A stretch of 64,000 nucleotides of DNA from Fibrobacteria bacterium (GTDB taxonomy: Bacteria > Fibrobacterota > Fibrobacteria > UBA11236): contig JBGTHM010000023.1 of NCBI GenBank assembly GCA_041746255.1, positions 15,640-79,639 on the forward strand. Direction: 5' to 3'. A program made the position numbers and the translations under genes. This document shows, piece by piece, positions 59,929-64,000 of the stretch. A model generated the notes under the pieces. It was not told the origin of the DNA. It searched no databases and was given only the letters and a program-made list of their open reading frames with translations. Numbering within the stretch: the first letter of the stretch is position 1; every line of letters begins with the position of its first letter.

Positions 59929-60713
59929 CAGCAGTTAGCCATACCCTTACTCAAAATAGAACCTTCATTACTGCCTAAAAAAACAAACCAATCTTTTGCT
60001 GCGCAAAAAAACAGGTCGGTCGGGCGAAACCGTTTTTACGGAAAAGGCGATATATTGGGACATGATCCAGAACAGCCATTGTTCCCCATTTTCTCTACAT
60101 CCGACTGTTAAGAGTAGGGATGTAACCAGTATATATCCTAGGCCTGCTGCATCCGCAAGTTCCTGGAAAAAGTATGCATAGAAAGACGGATAAATGTATG
60201 CATTTCAGGGATTGCATTCCACCCATCCACATACGTAAATCCAAGCTAGGCGGACGTTAAGGAGAGTTTAATTCAATCCCAACAAAACAACTTCGAGGTT
60301 TATATGGAGTGCACGGCTCCGCCATCCATTTCCGGGCACCAACAGACATAGCCCCCTCAAATCGTGATTTCAAGTAAATGGTACCGTATCCTGGATGAAA
60401 CTGGGCTCAAAAAAGGGGGAAAAACCAAAAATTGAAGGTTAGGCGGTTCTCTGGTTTCAGGCGGGGGTTAATTACCTTTTGTGATCTATGGCGAAATTTT
60501 GTGCGTCTTTGATGCCAAAGGACGAACAAATCTACGCCATAGATCTAGTTGAACAAAGCCGCTACGCGGCAGTTTATCGTGCCAACTGTCCCACTTTGGC
60601 TCTTTTAATCAATGCCTTTTGGCTGAAATAGCCATCCTCTATTCGAAGCTATTTTCCGAATAACCCGAATCAGTTAAAATTTTCTGTTCACCTTCACCAC
60701 AAGGAGAACAGAC

Positions 60714-61586
60714 ATGACACTCTTAAGACAGCAATTCACTCAAGCGCTGGAGCTCCGTGGCTTCTCGCCCCATACCATTAATAATTATATCCTCGCTGTT
60801 GCCCGCCTCAGCCGGCGCTATGGAAAATCACCTGATACGATCAGTGACCAAGAAGTTCGCGAGCACATCCTCCACCTGAAATCCGAAGGTATCTCCGCAG
60901 CCACTTGCAACTTGCATATGGCGGCCATCAAGTCATTTTTCAAATCATGCCTTCCGGAGCGGCCCAATCCAGTTGGCCTCACCAGCATGAAAGCTCCCAA
61001 GCACCTGCCGGTTGTGCTGAGCTTGGATGAAACCATCCGCCTACTCACCTGCGCGGTCAATCCTAAACACCGGGCGCTTTTGAGCATCATCTACTCGGCC
61101 GGGCTCAGGCTGAGCGAAGCCATACATCTACGACCCGCCGATATTGATAGTCACCGGATGCGCATCCATGTCCGGGAGGGTAAGGGTGGAAAGGATAGGT
61201 ACACGCTGCTTGCCGGACCCGTGCTGGAGACGCTTCGGGAGTATTACCGCTGCTACCGGCCCGAAACCTGGTTGTTCGAAGGACGACACCGGGGCATGCC
61301 GATGAGTCCGCGCAACGTGGATGCGACGCTCAAACGCTGCGCCAGGCGCGCCCGCTTGGGCAAGCGGGTAACGGTGCACACGCTTCGGCACAGCTTCGCT
61401 ACCCATCTTCTGGAAGCCGGGCAGCCTCTGCAGGTTATACAAAGTCTGCTGGGCCACCGGAACATTAAGACGACCACTATCTACACGCACGTGACCGACA
61501 GGATGATGGCGGACCTGCGGAGCCCCCTGGAAGCTTTCACCCTTACCCCGAATCGTGCTAAGGAACAGGGGGCCGAGCATGACTGA
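60714..61586 (+). CDS. tyrosine recombinase/integrase with SAM-like N-terminal domain
   Basis: Complete catalytic set: GLRLSE, GKGGKDR, HTLRH, LGH, TTIYTH; AAGGAG RBS. Confidence 0.95.
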   Translation: MTLLRQQFTQALELRGFSPHTINNYILAVARLSRRYGKSPDTISDQEVREHILHLKSEGISAATCNLHMAAIKSFFKSCLPERPNPVGLTSMKAPKHLPVVLSLDETIRLLTCAVNPKHRALLSIIYSAGLRLSEAIHLRPADIDSHRMRIHVREGKGGKDRYTLLAGPVLETLREYYRCYRPETWLFEGRHRGMPMSPRNVDATLKRCARRARLGKRVTVHTLRHSFATHLLEAGQPLQVIQSLLGHRNIKTTTIYTHVTDRMMADLRSPLEAFTLTPNRAKEQGAEHD

Positions 61587-62805
61587 GAAGATTGCGGAAA
61601 GGAAACGTGGATTGGAAGTGGCGGAAGTCTTCTCGAGGGGCATGGCAGCCTATGCCAAAAACCACGGACCGCTTCCTCCCGCACATTGGAAGGTGGTGAA
61701 CGCCCTGGAACGCTGCCGCACGGCCGCAATGGGCGGGCACTCCTACAAGTGCGGGAACTGCGATTACGAAAAACAAGTCTACAACTCCTGCCGCAACCGG
61801 CACTGCCCCAAGTGCCAGGGATTGGCCCGGCTCAAGTGGGTGCAGGCAAGGATGGAGGAACTCCTGCCCGTAGAATATTTCCACGTAGTGTTAACCATGC
61901 CGGCCGAGCTCAACGCATTCGCCCTTCGAAACAAGGCGGCGTTCTACGACCTGCTTCAAAAAAGCGTGGCGGATACGCTTCTTTCATTATCGCGCGATCC
62001 GAAGCGCTTGGGTGCGGAGATAGGTTTCATCTCCGTACTGCACACCTGGGGTCAGAACATGATGGACCATCCGCACGTCCACTGCATCGTTCCCGCAGGC
62101 GGCTTGGAGGACGGCGTTCGATGGAAATCCCTCAAGGGCAAGTTTCTATTTCCGTTCAAAGTGATGTCATCGCTGTTCAAGGGCAAAATGTTAAGCGGGT
62201 TCAAACGGGCTGTGGAAAAAGGCGATATCCGCTTCCACGGCCACCTCGAGCAATACACCGACCCGGCACGGTGGAAGGCATATCTCGACGGCTTGTATGC
62301 GAAGAACTGGGTCGCCTACTGCAAGCCACCTTTCGCCGGGGCCGGTCAGGTCCTCAAATACCTAGGCGGTTACACGCACCGCATGGCCATCTCTAACCAC
62401 CGCATTGTCTCCATCGACGAAAACACCGTCCGTTTCAGATGGCGCAGCTATGCCGACGGTGGAAAGACCAAGGTGATGACGCTCGCGCATAAGGAATTCA
62501 TCCGGCGCTTCTTGTTGCATGTACTGCCTAAGGGATTTCAGCGCATCCGGTACTATGGATTCCTTGCCAACTGCAAGCGGAAAAAGGCATTGGGACGCTG
62601 CCGTGAAATCTTGTCTGCCAAGGTAAAGGATCCCGCTCCTGAAAAGGACATGTCCTCCGAAAAAGCCGGACAATGCGATCTTGTTAGCCTGTTCAAGAGT
62701 GTGTTCCACATCGACCTCACTTTTTGTCCAAAGTGCCGTAACAGGACGGTAAGCCCGACCTTCCCTCCGGCTCATGTACGTTACTCAAGAGGTGTTTTCA
62801 GGTGA
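61579..62805 (+). CDS. IS91-family rolling-circle transposase (HUH, Y2)
   Basis: Zn domain CRT...C..C...YNSCRNRHCPKC; LHTWG; HPHVH (HUH); YLGGY (YxxxY); RIRYYGFL; overlaps the integrase stop by 8 nt. Confidence 0.95.
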   Translation: MTEKIAERKRGLEVAEVFSRGMAAYAKNHGPLPPAHWKVVNALERCRTAAMGGHSYKCGNCDYEKQVYNSCRNRHCPKCQGLARLKWVQARMEELLPVEYFHVVLTMPAELNAFALRNKAAFYDLLQKSVADTLLSLSRDPKRLGAEIGFISVLHTWGQNMMDHPHVHCIVPAGGLEDGVRWKSLKGKFLFPFKVMSSLFKGKMLSGFKRAVEKGDIRFHGHLEQYTDPARWKAYLDGLYAKNWVAYCKPPFAGAGQVLKYLGGYTHRMAISNHRIVSIDENTVRFRWRSYADGGKTKVMTLAHKEFIRRFLLHVLPKGFQRIRYYGFLANCKRKKALGRCREILSAKVKDPAPEKDMSSEKAGQCDLVSLFKSVFHIDLTFCPKCRNRTVSPTFPPAHVRYSRGVFR

Positions 62806-63192
62806 GATGATTACTGTCCATGTATGCCAGAACGGGTCCCAAGCTAAAGGGAGGTTTCCATCCTATGCTTGATGGGCTGGAAATGCCATTTTTAAGTGAT
62901 TTTTTAATATTTTTCACAAGATATGAAACGGTCATTTAACCTAATATTCGTGTTTATCCGTCTACAGCCAGGCATCCGCAACGGCCAAAGCCCTCGATCA
63001 AACCCCATAGGGCGGCACCTCACCCCCGCGGCTTCGTTCAACTAAATTATTTCTACAATGCGGCACCAGAAGCGCCTATTTTTGAGCCTGTGGCAGGCAT
63101 TGCAGAAATAATCCTTAACGTTATGCAATGCTTGAGCCAATTTATCAGAATGCGCGCCTAAAACAGAAATCAAAAACTAAATTCAAAATACC

Positions 63193-63696
63193 ATGAATAT
63201 CCAATCTGAAAACTTAACTGATGGAACTATTCAATTAATCCCTCTTAGGGAACAGGATTTTGATGCTCTTTTTTCAGTCGCCTCCGATCCTCTAATTTGG
63301 GAACAGCATCCGAACAGCAACCGGTATCTGAAGGAAGAATTCTTGAAATTCTTCCAAGGGGCGATTGAATCCAAGGGTGCATTCAAAATAATTGACTGCA
63401 AAACTCAGGAGCCCTTGGGCTCAAGTCGGTATTACGATGTAGATATGCAGGAAAAGTCAGTCTTCATTGGATACACTTTCCTTCGGAGGGACAAATGGGG
63501 AGGAAACTACAATGCTCGTTTAAAGGCATTGATGATAAACCATGCCTTTCAATTTGTGAACAAGACCTATTTCCAAATTGCGACTACCAATATGAGATCT
63601 CTTCGGGGCACTGAGAAAATAGGGGCAACAATAGTCGGTACCCAAATTCTTGAAGGAATCGAGCATTTTGTTTTGGAAATGCAAAAGGAAAATTAA
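63193..63696 (+). CDS. GNAT (RimJ/RimL-like) N-acetyltransferase, cassette-like
   Basis: LIPL...DPLIW...IGYTFL...N.RS...EKIGA; visibly more AT-rich than flanking core genes. Confidence 0.88.
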   Translation: MNIQSENLTDGTIQLIPLREQDFDALFSVASDPLIWEQHPNSNRYLKEEFLKFFQGAIESKGAFKIIDCKTQEPLGSSRYYDVDMQEKSVFIGYTFLRRDKWGGNYNARLKALMINHAFQFVNKTYFQIATTNMRSLRGTEKIGATIVGTQILEGIEHFVLEMQKEN

Positions 63697-63736
63697 TACG
63701 GCGCGCTTAAAAATAATTGTGGAGGGCTCAAGCACA

Positions 63737-63988
63737 GCTTACAACAACGCACAGGGTGCTCCGCACGGGACAAGCCCGTGCTCCGGGGCTTCGCCCAAAT
63801 TGGTTTTGGGGTAAGCCCGGCAATTCAAAGGGCATCCTCACGGCGCCCGCTAAGGCGGGCTTGTTCCGGTGCTCCTTTTCATTGCGTGTTGCGGGCGAGC
63901 ATTCTGGGGGTCAAAGACCCCACTCCATGCTCGTCCTCACACATCGGGCTAACCCCAAAACCAACTTCACCCTCCGCTGACGTTATAC
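63737..63988 (+). repeat. about 250-nt branched palindromic attC-like site
   Basis: TACAAC...GTTATAC outer boxes, AGGGTG/CACCCT inner boxes, 20-bp stem 63800-63819/63945-63964, several internal hairpins. Confidence 0.7.
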
Positions 63989-64000
63989 AACATGCTGCCT

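Larger units (their letters stand above)
60546..63044 (+). mobile_element. tyrosine-recombinase plus IS91-family element bounded by 17-bp inverted repeats
   Basis: TAGTTGAACAAAGCCGC (60546-60562) and GCGGCTTCGTTCAACTA (63028-63044), 1 mismatch; oriIS-like CAAACCCCATAG near 63000. Confidence 0.8.

Noticed and set aside
60714..61586. Classical integron integrase IntI
   Set aside because: Lacks the IntI-specific insertion before the HxxRH box, is only 290 aa, and points toward rather than away from the cassette.
63717..63980. 87-aa ORF in the track
   Set aside because: Coincides with the palindromic repeat, has no RBS and no protein-like features.
1..64000. CRISPR array, tRNA, rRNA
   Set aside because: No regularly spaced direct repeats or recognisable structural RNA genes seen by eye.

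Overview
Bacterial genomic window of about 55% GC, most likely Fibrobacterota or a related FCB-group lineage (inferred from the many secreted proteins with T9SS-like or basic D-x-x-G-R C-terminal tails). It holds about 47 CDSs and no recognisable rRNA, tRNA or CRISPR array. Contents: an AraC-PAS/SDR/DhaKL sugar cluster; many secreted enzymes (GSDH, FG-GAP, beta-helix, DUF1593, GH5, two clan-A GH paralogs each paired with a LamG protein, BNR/YCF48 proteins, tyrosinase); a BacNav-type sodium channel; a PIG-L/small membrane protein/SSS operon; ExbBD-TonB; a TonB receptor plus PepSY protein; an ice-binding lipoprotein plus OmpA; a KDSR-like reductase; Fur; Fic; and a COG0523 GTPase. The most notable part is the right end (60.5-64 kb). 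A tyrosine recombinase lacking the IntI-specific insertion is coupled to an IS91-type HUH/Y2 transposase, bounded by 17-bp inverted repeats that are each flanked by a hairpin. It is followed by an AT-rich GNAT gene with self-complementary ends and a ~250-nt branched attC-like site, which looks like the start of a non-canonical integron-like cassette array. Two distinct palindromic metal-regulator operators (3 and 2 copies), an unannotated 56-aa gene and a fic gene fragment were also read directly from the DNA.
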